A stretch of 61,739 bases of DNA, filler included, from Choristocarpus tenellus KU-1152 (lineage: Eukaryota; Protista; Phaeophyceae): assembly GCA_964200185.2 (NCBI GenBank). It is 6 parts of 6 records of this genome, joined end to end, with 100 filler letters (N's around TTAATTAATTAA, not from the genome) between each part and the next. Parts side by side here need not be neighbours in the genome. Positions count along the whole stretch, not along the records: positions 40,951 to 58,921 come from CAXNAD020000597.1; positions 59,022 to 61,739 come from CAXNAD020025336.1; 4 more parts are not named here. One strand, given 5' to 3'. Each line of letters opens with the position of its first letter. The first letter of the stretch is position 1. The position numbers and the translations under genes are program-made. The notes under the pieces were generated by a model. It made no database searches, was not told the DNA's origin, and was given only the letters and a program-made list of their open reading frames with translations. Below are positions 48,952-61,581 of the stretch, piece after piece.

Positions 48952-51900
48952 CAATATTGGCATTGATATGGTCGGTCTGCTACTGGGTACCAGTGCGGCT
49001 ACTGAAGGCGCTACTGAGCATTTTGTGTGATCTCGAAGTGACCAGGCGAATCGAAACCCCCTTTCATGAACAGATCAAACAGGTGCTTGCTGTACTCCAC
49101 TCTCCTCCCCCTCCCCTGGCCATTTCAACCACCACTGCAGCAACATGCAACACTCACAGTGCTGCCAAAGATGTCCTCAAAGCTGCGGATAGGTACGCCT
49201 CCGTATGGATTAGGAGAACCCTCGCCGTGGTACACCTGCAGATAAAAGTGAGTACAAACCTGTGAGAGGAAATATAATACCCCAAATATCCAATACCCCT
49301 AACATAATATATATACATATATATATATTTATTTTTTTATTTCTTGTACAGTACTGCACCTTCATACATGTACACTATTATATATAGGAGAGAGTGTTAG
49401 GGAACCCAGTAAAACTTTTTTTTTTCATTTTTTCAAAGAGCTTGCATCGAAGTTACCGAAACCGATTTAAAGCATGTTCTTTTCGCTGGTAGAACACTCA
49501 CGTTATTAAGCACAACAGAGACAATAGCGAAAAGTGTCCTTACAGAAACAGAGTAAAGAGCAACGGCGGCGCCTTCGCGAGGTGTGGAGAACCTTCCCCC
49601 TTTCCCGAGTATCAAAAGCCAAACGCCAACACAATAGCGAGACTGCGATTACACGCTGATAACCGGGAAATGCAACGCTTTTTGAAAGAAACGGAAAAAA
49701 AAAAACTCTTACGACAATCTTGAATCCATTTCTTTCAACCCTCACAAAAAAAAAGATAAGAAAAAAAAAGAGTACTGCACGTTTTGTTTTGTTTTGTTTT
49801 GTTTTTGTTTTTTGTTTTTTTTTTTGTTTTTGTTTTTTGTTTTTTTTAAATGTCGAACTCCACCCTCCATCTTTCAACCAGGTCATGTCTTGGTCCTCCT
49901 CCGCGAACCCACTCATCGTTCTGAAGCAAGCGTGTCACCTTCTCTAACCTACTAAAGTGCAACCTCCTACGAGGAGAAAACGACTCGCCGATGCGGAGAG
50001 AACAAGGATCTAAACTAGCCCTAACCCTAAACGTAGTGCATGCCCCAAGTCTAATTGGCGATCCTCCCCGTGTCGGAGATTGAGTGCATGGATGATGATG
50101 GTGCAACTAGACGGCTGGCTCTACCGCTGTTGCCCCGCCATCAACAATATGCAGCAGCACAATAGAAATTCACACATGAACACAACAGGAGCTTTCATGC
50201 CCTTGCTAAACTAAACGACCATCTACGGAGCTAGCTCTAGGTTTGTGTGCACCTTTCACCATATAATGATTTGTGTGCACCCTTCACCATCAATGGAAAG
50301 GTATCAACGACAGAGCATAGTTTATTGTTATTATTATTATTATTATTATTAATTATTATTATTAATTATTATTATTATTAATTCGTGGGAATCGGTGCCT
50401 TCCGTGGCTAGCTCAAAGATGTTCCATCCACATACAGGCTTGATCAGGGCAACAAAAGAATCAAGGAGGAACGGCGTGCCTAAGCCCAACCCAGGCCCTT
50501 TTTGATTTATGTAACTGTAACTATGGGTCCCTTCAACGGCATTATGGTGGTTGTATTGGTAGTCATGCTACTATCAGTTTGGCGCGCGCAAAAAAAAAAA
50601 TGGGGTGCAGAAACAGATCGATGTGTATTTGTTGAGGTAGTACTTTTGAAGTATGACTTAGGGTTAGGGATGATTGATGGACACTAAGGATGAAGGGCAA
50701 AACACTTTCCAGTGGACACATATCTACACGGTAACTGTATCAATATGCTGTGGTACATCCTTCGAAGTAACACGGCACATATACACTGGTCTGCGCTTAG
50801 TGCTGGGAGCCGCGGGCTACTACCCACCTCTCCCTTTCATGCCTTACCTTGAACATGGGAGCACCTGTAAGGGAGACATCTTTGGCAAGCCTCCGCTCCT
50901 TTCTCACGTCCACCGCCGTCATCGACACTCCCCACCGCCTCAGGGACTCCGCAGCAGTGATTACTTCTCCCGACATTGCATGACAAGGGGGGCAGTTTTC
51001 TGAGGAGTAGAACCACACTACCACCGGCCGACGAGTGGAAAGTACTTTGCTGAAATGTTACGGGCACCCGACATACAAGCGGATTAAGGTCCAGTGTGTT
51101 GTGCGATGAATTGGAGGTGTGTTCGTGTTCGCAGAGGGTGCACATGTGACTGTATCCTTATTCATTCATTAGATTTTTCTTTAACAAAGTGCAGGCAACA
51201 GTAGCAGGAAATATCAACGTTTGAACTTGTAGATAGGTACAGCCCTGGTAGCGATCGATTGCAATACTTGGTGGTGCAACAGATAAATGTAACACTTGCG
51301 CAACTGCGCAAAATTCGTCAAAGAGCAATGGAACCAAGTCACAACTTGTTGCAGAACCGATTGATTAGAAATCACAACTGTCATCTCATGGCATAAGTCA
51401 TGATGCCGCAGACCCGACGCCAGGATACAAGTACGCAGTGAGATAGTGATCGTAGTAGCATCCATGAAATTGTGCCATGGTTAATCTTCACCAAACTGGT
51501 GACATCACGTACGATTACCACTTTCTCTAACAATGGAAAGTTTCAACTAGATTGGGGTAAAGTTTGCAGGGGTAGTAGGATAATTGAAGATGGTTGCACT
51601 CCGTGACCTAATCGTCCTCGACCTTGTATCTCACCAAAGTCAAGAGTAGAGTATCTAGAGGCTATCACACAACCCAGCTTTGCTACTTCCTTCCTCCATC
51701 GATGATCACAACTGCATAGTATTTCATCCAATCCTTGTGGAATTCATCCCTCAAAACCTTACCTTGAGTAGTCTGCTCGGGAAAGACTAGTCACAGCACC
51801 ATTGGGCTCGAAGGCGATCTCCTCTTGCTGCACTTCTTCATCCGCAACCGATGCGGTCCCGTATACGGGGGACCAGAGAAGGATCCCCAGCACCAGCCCA

Positions 51901-52193
51901 AGGATTGTAAGATGGTGAAGGTATCGAGGCATCGTTGTCGAGAAGAGCAGGTCTGGTTCGAGGTAAGCCCTAAAGGTCTACACTTGAGTCTAGGAATTTC
52001 TCCTGTAATGTTTGAGATTCTTGGCGTTTTGTGATTGGCTGATTGATACTACCTGCCCTGGAGCCCTACAGAGCGATTGGATGGGTGGGTGGACGGTTAA
52101 GTCATGAACCTTTTGTCCTTCCCACCATTTGAACTCTTTGATCCCTGAATAAGCTAGAGCTGGTTTAAAGTACTTCTCAGACAACATTGCAAG

Positions 52194-55100
52194 ATGCGTG
52201 TGCCTGTACGGACCGTAAAGGGAGATACCTTCTATATTGAAGTACCAGCCTCATGTATGGTGCGCGATGTCTCTTGTATTATCTGGAGCTGACGATTGTT
52301 TTCGTACGAGCGGAGTCACAAGGTGTTGATAACCTCGCAAGGCGCAAAGTACGCCAACAAGCGTAGCATAAAGATCTTCCGTTGTCCTTTGTTGAAGAAA
52401 TAAAGTGTTCTACCTACATAATTGACCATTGCTTCGATCCATACTAAGATAGTACTGAATGACTCACTACTAGTGCTGTAATAGAGGTCTGGTGTCATTT
52501 CCCTCAGGTTCGCGATGTGAAGTCGAAGATCACGGAGGAAAAGGGTGTCGATCCAGCCTCGCAACGCCTCTTCTGCACGGGAAAGGCACTAGAAGACAGC
52601 AAACCACTTGCCACCTACCTAAGCGAAGGGGCTTTCTTGGTCCTCATGGTCACGAAGGCAAGTTGAACCAATTGGAAGGCATATTGGAGCTGGCAAGACA
52701 TCTCCACATTTCGCTTCAAAATGTGTTTGCATGCTCATCATTGATTCGGGTTAAAGCTCTGCTGCGGAAGTGCGTGAAAGAAGCGCTAGCGATACTCGAG
52801 GTGATGGACATCTTTTTACTCAATAGTAGTCAAACCCCACCATCTACAGGCAAAGCCACGACCTCCTGCAGCTTCGTCATCCACCCAGAGCCAGCGTTCA
52901 GCATCCCCAGCGCAAGCACCAGTGCCGGTGGAGGCAGGAACGTCAGCAGGGGTAGAACAAATAACACAACCTCCAGCACCAGCTCCTGCACGAACAGGGG
53001 CGATTGAGAGGGAGGGCGGGGTAACGCCAGACCAGGCACTGGTGACACAGATTATGGCCATGGGTTTCCCTGAAGATCAGGTGAGGTGCTGTATTGTAAT
53101 CTGGGGTGTAAATCTGGTTTGCATGCAAGAAAATTCACAACTCCTTGATTTTTCCTGTTCCTCTGACTGAGCTTAGCCCCTCCTTGTACACGACACATAC
53201 ATGCTGTACCATGAATGATATGCATGGTTCAGGTTAGAGCTGCACTGGTAGCCGCATTCAACAACATCAGTGTGGCCACGGAATATCTCATGATGGGTAT
53301 CCCTGACCACGTGGACCACTTCCAGACGATAGATACAGCAGGTGTGTGTAGTGAATGTGGGTGGACGATCCTCTTGTGTCTTTTGTCGTATGACCCGTTC
53401 AATGTGCTCAACTCTATGGGGATGAACATATCCATGCACACATGACCCATCCATCACCACAAGTACTATTTTATGGTATCCCTAAGCGGAACACAAATAA
53501 TTGCAAGGTGGAGGAGGCAGTATCGGCATCGAGGGAGGCCTTGACTCTGGCTCTGCAACACATCCGAGTCAAACTCCATCTGCACCAGGTCGGGCAGTGG
53601 GGGAGCCTCCTGGGGCTCCAGAACGTCAGCATAACCACCTGAATTTCATGCGATTTCATCCACAATTTGCCCAGGTGGTGTAGTGAGTGGTTATGGTGTG
53701 AGTAGCGGGATAGATTGGTGGTATAATGGTATAATATAGATTGGTGGTATACTGGAGCGCAGAGAGGCAGTGTTTTGTTGGCACACCTTGCTGTAATCGG
53801 TGTGAAAGATTAGGTTTGAACATGTGGTCCAGTCAGGGCTAGTATTACGGGTAAATTCATACTTTTGCTATTGGTCGATTGCTTGTTTGGTGGTCTTGAT
53901 TGTTACTGTGTCTGAAACAACACACTGTGCCTCTCACTTTGTGTAGAAATAAACGTCCGTACGCCCATGTGTTCTGCTCCACGTTGTCTCCTAAGATCCG
54001 GCAACTGGTGCAAGAAAATCCCAACGTACTTCCCAATATTCTGCAGCAGTTGGGACAGCAGAGTACTGTGAGTGACGCTCATGTGCAATTCCCAAACTAC
54101 GCCAGTGCTTGATTCGTGAGCTCTTAATTTGTATTTTTCCCTCTAGCTCATGATGTTGTTATACTCGATTTCAACAATAGATGTTTACGTCCTGATAGCT
54201 CAATATTTCCGAATTTTTATTCAGCTGTAGCTTGGAAGTATCCTTCACTTTCAGTCTTCATCCCAAATATCCAATCTCTAATTGCCGTGTCTTGTAAGCA
54301 TGGCAGGGGGTATGAGGTATAGCTCTGCCGGCATGAGGTGTACCCTACATAGCATACCACCATCTAAACCCTAACCCTAACCCTGTTTACCATACGTCTT
54401 TGCCTTGACTCGGCACCTCTTCCATATCCATAGGCAGCTATCAAATAATTATCTATCATTATTATCGCAATATCTCTTTAGTAGTCATAGTATTATTAGT
54501 GCTATTATCTGCAGCATTGATCCTCTTTCTGAATAAAAAATGGGAGAGGTATGGGAGTAAAAGCGGGCTCGGCAACAACCACTGTTGTTGCTGTAATTCA
54601 GTGCTACAGGGCGTACACAATGAAGTCTTTTAATATTGCCCTTCCCCAGTGCTGATTTGCACACTACACGAGTCCTGCAGATTGCATTCACAACAATGCC
54701 TCCCTACGCTATGAAACCTATGGCACCTAAAGGGAAAATCTGGTTCCTGGTTGCAGCAACCCCCCAAGTAATGGGCTACTCCGGAGCACAATACACTGCA
54801 ATGCGTGTTCTCATTTGAAGGCATTGTCTAGTCCCTAACTCCAACCCCAAGGTGTACACCATTTTTTGTGTAGTAGTTTGTAGTGTAAGCATGGGACCAT
54901 AGCCTTCCTAATATATGTTCCTGCTGAAGTATATACTCCTATACACCTTGTGCCTTGACCCAGTACAAGGCCATACTACCTCGATTCGACTCTCTTCAGT
55001 GTCTTGAAGTGTAGCTGTGATCTAATTGTGATGCCTCCTCATCACACCCCCGATACCCATGAACAATGTGAGCCCCAAACTAATTCAGAGCTAGATTTCT

Positions 55101-57247
55101 CAACTAGAGCAATCCTTTGATTGTTACTAAGATAGAGTGAGAAGCTTGGTCATATTTTACTGATCCCCCCTCTCCCCCCCCCGAGAATGGTCTGACAGTA
55201 GCTTGATGCTCTCTTCGCTGAAAATCTTTATATATTCAATTTGTGACCAGGATCTGGTTCAGATGATCAATGATCACCCAGATGACTTTGTCCGCCTGAT
55301 GAATGAGCCTCTGGAGGAAGAGGACATTGCGATGGGGTGAGCCCCCCACCCACTCCCCCCCACCAAACCTATGCAAATTCCATCCTGTCTTGTGTCCTTA
55401 GTCAATTCTAGCAAGGACATTCAAAATTTTCATCTGGGTTGAAGTACCAGCAACCCGCTCCTAATGCGGTAGGTTGAGAGTAGAGGGTTAAATTTCATCA
55501 GTAAATTTCATGTTTGGGATTCGAACTCGAGTGCAACAGGCCAGCTGAGTTGGGCTAATAGTCGTTCCATTCATACTCCAAAGTATTTTAGTCTAGAATA
55601 TTTCCACAGGCAAAGTTAGGGTAAGATCCATAGTGTGCTCTATGCTGATGAGCTGAACTGAGGTCAAGGTGGGCAGTTGTTGTTATCTTGTACTGCTTCA
55701 ATGGGTTGGATTGCGTCTTTTCGAACCTTGATATATTCCGATTTTTTACAAATTATGGATTGGGGTACATCGTTTTAATTTAAAATCGGTGCAAGTTCCC
55801 TGTGTGTGTTAAGTTTCCTTCCATGCAGTAGTAGTTCAGTGCCCAGGAAAAAGGAAGTTTACAGGATGATTTGGAAGAGGTGAATGGGTCTTTTGTGTAT
55901 GGTGTGTGGGATTTGTGCTCTTGTGAACTTGAAGAGAAGGTAATGGTCCTGAGAGTAGCAAAACATCTCTTACCTGGAGTGGGAATGAGGTCCTGACTTG
56001 GATGTGAAGGGCGATAGTGTGTGGTACCAATGCTCTGATACTTTCTTCTAAAAAAGAGGAAAACGGACTTCATGTAAATGTACTTGGTGCATGTCAATCT
56101 GCAGTGCTTAATGGACTTGCATTTGGTTGAGGTACGCATTCACTCTATCATTTAGTGTATGGTCACATGTATGCTCGTTCATAGCACGGTTGTGTGACGG
56201 ACAGAAAGCTACAGGATTGACCCATTTCCCAACCAGAAGGGATTTTTAAAGATCGTAACAGTGTGAGAAATGTACCATTAGTGGTCCAGTCTGAAATGTT
56301 CCAATCGATGTACTCCTCTCCTTGCCTCGACCTGCCGTTGCACCTGTCTATCCCTTGAACGCATTGCCGTTATGCCTGGTAGGGAGTTACACACAGACGG
56401 GCAGAGCGAAATTTTTCTGGAAGGCTTTGAAGATGGGGAGGAAGGAGATTTAGAAGATGAGGGAGACGAGGGTGGGGATGAGGAGGCTGAAGGCGGGCTG
56501 CCGGCACAAGGGGGGGCTGTTATGGTGGAACTAACTACAGCTGAGGCTGAAGATGTTGAAAATGTGCGTCGGTGTAAAGTGTCACAGAAATTTATTTTTT
56601 TAGCTCGTCATTCGCAACATGCTCAGAGTAGTATTTTTATATATGGTCACATAAAATGATATGTTCGGCAGTAGTATCAGACTTACCCGTGAATGCTCTG
56701 CTCAGATTGTTATCTTTTGACTGGTTTGCATTCAGACCTTCATTGTCTATCAAGAAGGTTTTGTGGGAGTTAGGCAGAGGGTATCTGTCGCAGTAATAAC
56801 GGCAGTGGGGTGTTTACTAGTGTTAGACTACTATATGTCCCTACCATGCCACTGTCCATTGTGAGGCATTGCGTTTAGATTATGAAGTGAACTGTACTTG
56901 CTAAGGAGTACCCCCCATCTCAGGTTAATCAAATCCACCCCTCTTGAACTTGCAGTCACTTGCTCACCTGTTTCACGAGTGGCTCTTCAATGACCCTACA
57001 ATCAGCCCACCGATCCATTCCCTATAGAGTGCCCATCTCCTCTTCTGGTGCACACCATCCCTCATACTCATTCCGTGGATAACACCCCCTCTTCCCTCTT
57101 TCGCTTGTTTTGTTCTGTCTCCTACTGTGTTTGCAGTTGATGGCCATGGTTCCCAGTGCAACTAGGGATCAGGTTCTGGAGGCATACATGGCATGCGACA
57201 AAAATGCTGAGCTTGCTGTCAACCTGCTATTTGAAGCCACACTATGA
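52194..57247 (+). CDS. RAD23: UV excision repair protein RAD23 (UbL-UBA1-XPC-binding-UBA2), complete, ~390 aa. Exons 52194-52259, 52508-52657, 52850-53080, 53233-53341, 53508-53674, 53996-54067, 55251-55336, 56383-56563, 57137-57247
   Basis: UbL: MRVPVRTVKGDTFYIEV...QRLFCTGKALED...FLVLMVTK. UBA1: IMAMGFPEDQVRAALVAAFNN...EYL. XPC-binding: LNFMRFHPQFAQIRQLVQENPNVLPNILQQLGQQ...INDHPDDFVRLMNEP. UBA2: EAYMACDKNAELAVNLLFE. All phases are consistent, ending in TGA. Confidence 0.95.
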
Positions 57248-57509
57248 GATCAGAGGAATGGGAGGGTCGTGTTTTTGTAGTTGGGAAGTTCATTGTGCAA
57301 GGAATGAACCCTTTTTTTGGATGATGTGGTGTGGGCATCCGTCCTGGACTGGAACTATCACCCACCTTATCAAGCACTTTCACAAGAGCTTGCATTCACT
57401 TAACATTGTTGTTTATTCATTGATCCTTCAACATGTTTTGAAGTAGAATTGTCCAGGTGGAGCCCCACGATTTGTTGGGTATGTTTTGCTTGGGTATCTA
57501 AGAGGGTTT

Positions 57510-57686
57510 GGTTCAAAGTATCTGGGGGGGGGTGGCGGCTGTCCATTTGGAGTCATTTTTTTCATGTCGTGAGTTTTGTGTGATTTGGTTGCATACGTTG
57601 GATGGATAATGTAAATGCGCTTTTCCGGATTTTGACCCAAATGGACACCCTGGTATAAACAGTCCCCCCCCCCCAGTTACCTTGGG
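57510..57686. mobile_element. MITE family A copy (reverse), just 3' of RAD23
   Basis: Termini GGTTCAAAGTATCTGGGGG...CCCCCAGTTACCTTGGG. Confidence 0.8.
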
Positions 57687-59021
57687 TATTTCATACGTTT
57701 TTTTCAACTCACTTTCTTGAAGGGTGGTGATCAGAGATACATGTGGATTATGTACCAATATTACGTCCACTTCAATTGATACTTCGAACAACACAAGGGG
57801 AATGCCATGTATACTCCATACCTTTTCTCATAGCTCAGGACAATGATAATGGTATCAAGATTTAGATATTTTGACTGACGTAATTTCATTGATTTATACA
57901 TACGAAAAGTTTGCAGGGGAGGTGAGTCAACCATGTTGTGGTATTATGATAGCCCCCTTGGCCGTTGCTGACATGTTTTCGTTCAAAATACGTGAGGATG
58001 CCGAGATGTTTTGCCTGCTGCAGTGCAATCTTTTTTTTCAAGTGCTAGTGGAGCTGTTTCTTTTTTCCGAGGTTGGAGCTGCCTACCAGACACCCATGGT
58101 ACCTTCTTTGTGTTTCAAAGATTAGATGGGTGTTGACTATCTCACCTCACCTTCTACAACAAGGCATGTACTCTGGACTTGTCCACAATCACAATGAAAC
58201 CCATGCAAGCTGTAGCAGACGTAGAGTTACATACAATAGGTTTGTTGGATTGAACTACTGATTGTGAAGCAAAGTGTACCTGCACTCTGCAGTTGAGCTA
58301 TTCATTGCTCTCCCAAAATTTCCTTCTTGGGTGTTTTTACCTTTTTTTTTTAAGTTGACCATTGTTTACCATTTTGGGGGAGACGCATGTTAACCATGTG
58401 TACCGCCTCTAACATGAAATATGATCACGAGATCGGCTCAACGTAGTAACTCCTTTGTGACTCACTTGCTTTCTAATCGTGCCAGAATTACACGAAAATA
58501 ACAGACATTAAACCTAAAAATATATACAAAGTACAAGCTTTTCATGCATGTATAGAATAAAACATGTGTTCATTCTTCTTTGTGAACTTGGTTATTTTTT
58601 AGGTGGATGCGACCTATCTATCCCTTTCTTGTACAAACAACATAACCCTCCAACAAATATTTATAACTAGTAGTAGAAGCAGACGTATGTATATATGTAT
58701 GTATTGTATACTTGTAAGCATACCAAAACCGTTACCGGTTCCCCCACCCGGGGGGAACGTCTGTCCTTACACCTTTCGCTTGGTCGAGTTCGCTTCCAAA
58801 CCGTAGCGGTGCCCTCCACAAGCACCGAAATATTTTTTGAACAAAACTATATTCCGTTCCAAAAGGGGCCCTTAAAAAGCGCCGCAACATTAACGAAAAA
58901 AAACATATCGACACTTTTACANNNNNNNNNNNNNNNNNNNNNNNNNNNNNNNNNNNNNNNNNNNNTTAATTAATTAANNNNNNNNNNNNNNNNNNNNNNN
59001 NNNNNNNNNNNNNNNNNNNNN

Positions 59022-59071
59022 AATTGGCCCCAAATGGACAACCGCCACCCCCCCCCCAGATACTTTGAGCC
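59022..59071. mobile_element. MITE family A right end at contig start (similar ends at 23-66 and ~32756-32790)
   Basis: CCCCCCCAGATACTTTGAGCC. Confidence 0.7.
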
Positions 59072-59614
59072 AATGTCGAAATTGGGGATCTGATGTAGAT
59101 GTGTTCAGATGTAGATGGTGTCGTTCTTCTCACGAACATTTCCAGACATTTGAATCCATGATGAGATCGACACATAATAGGATAGTAACTAATTGGATAA
59201 TCAATGAAAGCCATGTCTGGGAGACTCGTTGAAATAGTAAGGTAGGTACATAGGGATACATATATACACATCTCCATGTAGTGGCAATAGTCCATGTTAC
59301 TCTCGAAACGCAGAACATTTTGGTTTTGGCAGGAGATAGGTCGAAAGACCTGTCAGAAGTACAAGTAGGAAAGTTTAGAATTGAGGGGGGTAGAGGAGGC
59401 ACGACTAAGGGAGACCTCAAAAAGGGGAGGGGGGGGTAGGTTGGGTTATGGGAAGGAAATCATAGTGGTCCAACCAAGTGTAGAAGGTAATAGAGGAAAG
59501 GTTACTTGGAAGGGAATCGGCCTACTACTCCAACTGTACGGCACACAACATACCAAGATGAAGTTTGTGACTGGTAGATGGCGTTGAAGACTCTGCAAAG
59601 TGAGAAATGTTGAT

Positions 59615-59888
59615 GACCTCATAGTATCTTAGGGGGGGGGTTGCTTAGTTCAGGTCGTCCATTCGGAGCTTGATGGGGTGTTGTAAAATACTCAAGTTTG
59701 ATGCCCATCTTGCGAGTGATTATTCCTTCAGATCTGGTTCAGGTATGGGGGTGGAAAAGGAAGATGGTTTCAGATGAAGAAAATTGCCCTCACATGTGAC
59801 AGGTTCACTCAGACGACTTGAAAATCGATTAATGTTCACACCAATCCCAAATGGACGCCTTAACCCCTCCTCTAGGATACTATGGGTC
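59615..59888. mobile_element. Related MITE with GACC(T)CATAGTATC TIR
   Basis: Termini GACCTCATAGTATCTTAGGGGG...CCTCTAGGATACTATGGGTC, with subterminal CGTCCATT/AATGGACG as in families A and B. Confidence 0.65.
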
Positions 59889-60410
59889 TCATACCAGAAC
59901 GATAGTGGGGGTTCAAAGTGAGAATTCTCATTATTCTTACCAAACCATCCACCCCCCTCAAGTGCCTTGTACTACATTTCCAAGTCAGGGGTTAGGTGTC
60001 CTATAAATGAGTCAGGGGGGAAACCAATGAAAACTATATATATATCAAATGAAAGGGTATGACAAGAGCTTTTGAAGGTTTACATCCACGAATGCACAGG
60101 CTTCGGGGAACGGGAGCTATGTCCCGATAAAATAATGGAAAAAAACGCGGGGGAATATCTCCGACGCAATTTTGAAGGTCACGACTTCAAAACGGGTTAA
60201 AATGAAGTGGTTGGCTGAACTCCTTGCAGAACACTGGTCGGGGGTAGATCGCTGTCTAAGTTTGATCGGTGGGGCTGTACCGAAGAAAAAACAGACAAAC
60301 CCCCCAAGATTCCCGGACATTTTTTTGTAGGGACATCTTTTTAACGCCTTTTTGGAGACTTTCTGTGAGCACGCACACACGTGACTTACACAGCAATATG
60401 AACCACGATA

Positions 60411-61575
60411 ATGAGACAAGGAGAGCTGCCGAGCCCACTCTGCCCCCTGGGTCTACCCTCGGCACCTTCTCTGTCAAGAGACGACGGAAAGCAAGTACCG
60501 TGTGACGCTCAGTGCAATGAGAAAGTGCTAGTAGTGTGGCGCAGCAACATAATCAAATTGCGAAATGGATCACGGGGCTGCGACGCTGACGCTGAGAGAA
60601 GATGCATTGAAAGTATTACCACACAGATGTGGTTGGATCTTCAACCGATGCAGAGCAGTACCCTGCAGTCTCTGCCACCTCGGGAAAGCAGTAAGAGAGC
60701 AGCGAGTCCGTCACCAGGTGATACAATGACCAAGTCTGTGGGGAAGTCGGGTCACGGTGGGCAAAGGGAGAACCGGGGTGGCCGCCCGAAGGGAAGATTG
60801 AGCAAGAGAGCAGTGCAACTGCATGCCATTGCGCTCAGGAAATGCCTAAGCAAAAACCCAGATGTAGAATATCTTAGCAGTCGACAGTTGCAATAGGCCC
60901 TGGCTGTTTGGAAGCCGTGTGAGCCAGAGTGGCTTAAGGAAACGAGAAAGAAGGTATGATGGTTGGGCTACAAGGGCTCTGAAGCCCGAAAGAAAATCGA
61001 AAGGGCTCGCAAGGCGGAAGAGAAAGCGATCGTAACAAAGGCAGCTATTGAGACCTTTCGATACCACCAAATCCTTTACTTCGAAGAGGTCGCGAAGGAG
61101 GTGGTGGTAGCCATCGACATGGACGCCAGGGAAGAAGAGGAGGTGAGATTGAGACTATGTGCTCACCAGTGGTTTGGTGTCTCCCACTTCTTGCAAGATG
61201 CCATACATTTGCTTTTGTTTCTGGACTTGAGTTTGGACATACAAAGTTAATTAAAGCTTTCTCCCAGCATGCATTCATTCCAGAAACCAACACAATTTTC
61301 GATCAACTCAAGCCTGTCCTCCCTCGCCCTTGCGCCTTGATGAAAAGAAATATCACCCGTCCAGGAAACACGGACAACGCCAATTTCCGGCGCTCAACAA
61401 GGAAATGTGATAGTTGAGACTCTAACACTGCGAATCCTGTATGTGTGTATGAACGACGGGAAAGACCGTCAAACGGCGCTCAAGATGGCAGCAGGATATG
61501 CAATGGTCAGGCCGGAAACTGTAAGTAAATGGGAGAGAGACTTCCAAACTAAGGGCCACACATCAAGGTGTCAGA
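60411..61575 (+). pseudogene. Decayed intron-containing ORF, possibly a transposase N-terminus
   Basis: The frame continues through stops at 60894 and 60957 (GGRPKGR...LQ*ALAVW...KKV*WLGYKGSEARKK...EEEE|GTGAG). A later HTH-like segment, RQTALKMAAGYAMVRPETVSKWERDF, is cut off by the structured repeat at 61582. Confidence 0.4.
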
Positions 61576-61581
61576 GCAAGA

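Larger units (their letters stand above)
46560..49240 (-). pseudogene. Decayed multi-exon gene of unknown family, scattered among minisatellites
   Basis: Exon-like blocks with AG/GT borders and in-frame stops: VYHGEGSPNPYGGVPIRSFEDIFGST...G*...EYSKHLFDLFMKGGFDSPGHFEITQNAQ*; DSRSIQRNIISAIPDLVMKIDL...; YQYHDVVLYQDTKKGMLF*RSENG; CLIKGTGSLTLDACLPGKV*PLLLREVEKKG. Confidence 0.4.

Noticed and set aside
51912-51920. Alternative RAD23 start ATGGTGAAG|GTATCG
   Set aside because: The ATG at 52194 already gives a complete UbL N-terminus, and there is no independent support for this micro-exon.
55645-55690. CTGATGAG hammerhead start
   Set aside because: No stem II followed by GAAA downstream.
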